Below, in pieces: positions 62,155 through 64,000 of a stretch of 64,000 nt of DNA (within the stretch, counting starts at the first letter, position 1; every line of letters starts with the position of its first letter). The notes beneath the pieces are model-generated. The model did no database searches. It was not told where the DNA came from and saw nothing but the letters and a program-made list of their open reading frames with translations. This DNA is from Octopus vulgaris. Taxonomy: Eukaryota. Made by a program: the position numbers and the translations under genes. Location of the stretch: assembly GCA_951406725.2 (NCBI GenBank), contig OX597817.1, forward strand, positions 35,402,001-35,466,000, read 5' to 3'.

Positions 62155-62650
62155 TATAAAGGGTGCGATGGGTAAATTGCCGCCATTTTATATTTTTTAT
62201 TATTTCGCGCATGCACATTGTTTTTCATTTTGTCGACTACATAGTATAGTAGTGTCAGTTGGGTACCGTCTGTGAGAAAAACAGCACCATGACGCAATTC
62301 AGAAAATTGGAAACGACACGCTGTACTGCCTGGTATTCGCCTCTGAAACTCCAATACAAACATGTCAGAGTATTTGGGTGTCAATCTGGGGATAATGCAT
62401 ATACCGACAGTGATAAAAATCAAACATCCAGTCAAAATCATGGTGTTTGAAGTGATCACTAGTGATGGTGATGTTAAGCCTCCATTCATCTTCTCACACG
62501 GCCTCAGACTCAACACGGAGGCCTACATTAAGTGCCTGGAGGAGGTAGTGATGCCCTGGGTCAAAAGAGTGGTTGCTGAAAGACCCTATGTCTGGCAACA
62601 GGACTCTGCACCATGCCACGCAAGCAGGATAACCAAGTCATGGTTAACCA
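62155..62650 (+). mobile_element. Tc1/mariner superfamily (maT/DD37D-like) transposon fragment
   Basis: KHPVKIMVFEVITSDG..PPFIF..NTEAYIKCLEEVV.PW..YVWQQDSAPCH; TIR-like AGGGTGCGATGGGTAAATTG after TA. Confidence 0.8.
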
Positions 62651-62782
62651 GAAGAGTTGCAGGATATTCTGAAGTCGTCTGGAGGCCGTGGTTGAAACCA
62701 GTGGCGATTTTATTGGATAAATTTACTGTTTAGTATTTCAAGATATTTTAATGTAATTTTGATAAATTTCTGGCATACGGAT

Positions 62783-62930
62783 TCTTATATATATATATAA
62801 ATGTCAATTTCTGTCTTTCTGTATGTTACCATCTTGCTACCGAAACCAGCGAACCAATCTTCACGAAACTTTGCGTATATGTTAAACTAACATCCAGTTC
62901 AATAATAGGCTAATTGGATTTCAATAAAAA
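62783..62930 (+). mobile_element. Helitron-like 5' fragment
   Basis: TC-T(TA)nAATG, CTGT repeats, AACCAATCTTCACGAAACTTTG; no CTAG 3' end found. Confidence 0.35.
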
Positions 62931-63115
62931 TCTATAATGTGCTTCCTAGTTCGGTTGGGTGAATTATATAATAAAATGAAAAAGGTGCAAAGCGTATTAG
63001 TGTGAGGGAAATGTGGTGGTTGAGCGAGTGTGACTGATATCAGGGAAGAAGAGAACAACGTTGAGTTAGCGACAAATAACGTTGATACAGCTGTAATATA
63101 CGCTTACTTTCGTAA

Positions 63116-63153
<38 letters not shown>

Positions 63154-63315
63154 GCACATAAGTAACTTTTAAAACGCCGAGGAAGGGGAAGTAAGGTGGG
63201 TGTGAGGAATATGTAGCTTTAAGGAGAGAGGGGATAAGTGGCTTTTCTACTGCCCACCGCAAAGAAACACTCACAAATAGATACACATACATACATACAT
63301 ACATACATACATACA

Positions 63316-63346
<31 letters not shown>

Positions 63347-64000
63347 GTTTACTATACACCATTTTTTAATTCGTGATTACCATGTATGGTGTGTGTGTGT
63401 GTGTGTGACGTCCTATAACTGTCTGTCTCTCTACTTTTGTAGGGGCTTCCCTGTTGCTGTCACATTTTGTGAGATTTTAAAATTACGTCGAAATTTTACA
63501 AAAATAATTTTCCACGTTAAATCCGATTTTGTTATTTATTTGTTCCAGAACAAATGCAGAAAAATGTTACTTAGGTTTAAAGTTTAATAAATTTTACCTA
63601 CTCAGAAAATAGGATTTGGTAGTTGGCATTTTCTGTCTGATAGCTGTCTATCATAAAATGAAAGCAAAATTATTACAAGGAATGATTTTTATTAAACAAA
63701 CGAAAGTAAAGCTTTTCGACGACCAAAGTTGTAAGAACCTCTGAAGTTTTAATAAATTTTAATGAATAGTGTAATGTAGAACGGTCGAACAGACATGTAA
63801 ATAATTTAAAAAGGAAAAAATATCCTCAACGAATTTTTTTGCGAAAAATTTCACAAATCTGTCCTGATCAAGAGGCCTATCTGTCGGGGAAGGCATGGTC
63901 TGACATGGAATAAACAAACATTTATATAAGACATTCTATTGTAAAATTTTACCGGCAAGATCTGAACAGATGGATAGAGGAAATAGGCATAAGACCCAGT

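Overview
AT-rich, microsatellite-laden eukaryotic intergenic or intronic DNA. The SINE/LINE repertoire resembles a cephalopod (probably Octopus); that is an inference. I found no host protein-coding gene I can support, and most ORFs in the track are microsatellite or antisense artefacts. The window is a nest of mobile elements: several tRNA-derived SINE families, R4/Dong LINEs in (TAA)n tracts (one near-intact, 998-aa ORF), RTE, RTEX-like, CR1 and putative Tx1 fragments, Penelope-like remnants with hammerhead motifs, mariner and maT-like transposons, Helitron-like elements and a MITE. The most striking feature is two young copies (19189-21924 and 58440-61182, minus strand) of a ~2.74-kb non-autonomous LTR retroelement. 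Each has TG..CA LTRs of ~600 bp, a 4-bp TSD, a tRNA-Trp PBS with a 2-nt bulge, a PPT inside a hairpin, and a shared 35-aa Arg/His-rich micro-ORF where gag would start. Within each copy the paired LTRs are almost identical except at a hypervariable U5 tip. Also notable: a SINE whose 3' tail matches a LINE 3' end found in (TCTA)n, and SINE multimers joined at a fixed palindromic junction. All alignments and counts were done by eye.
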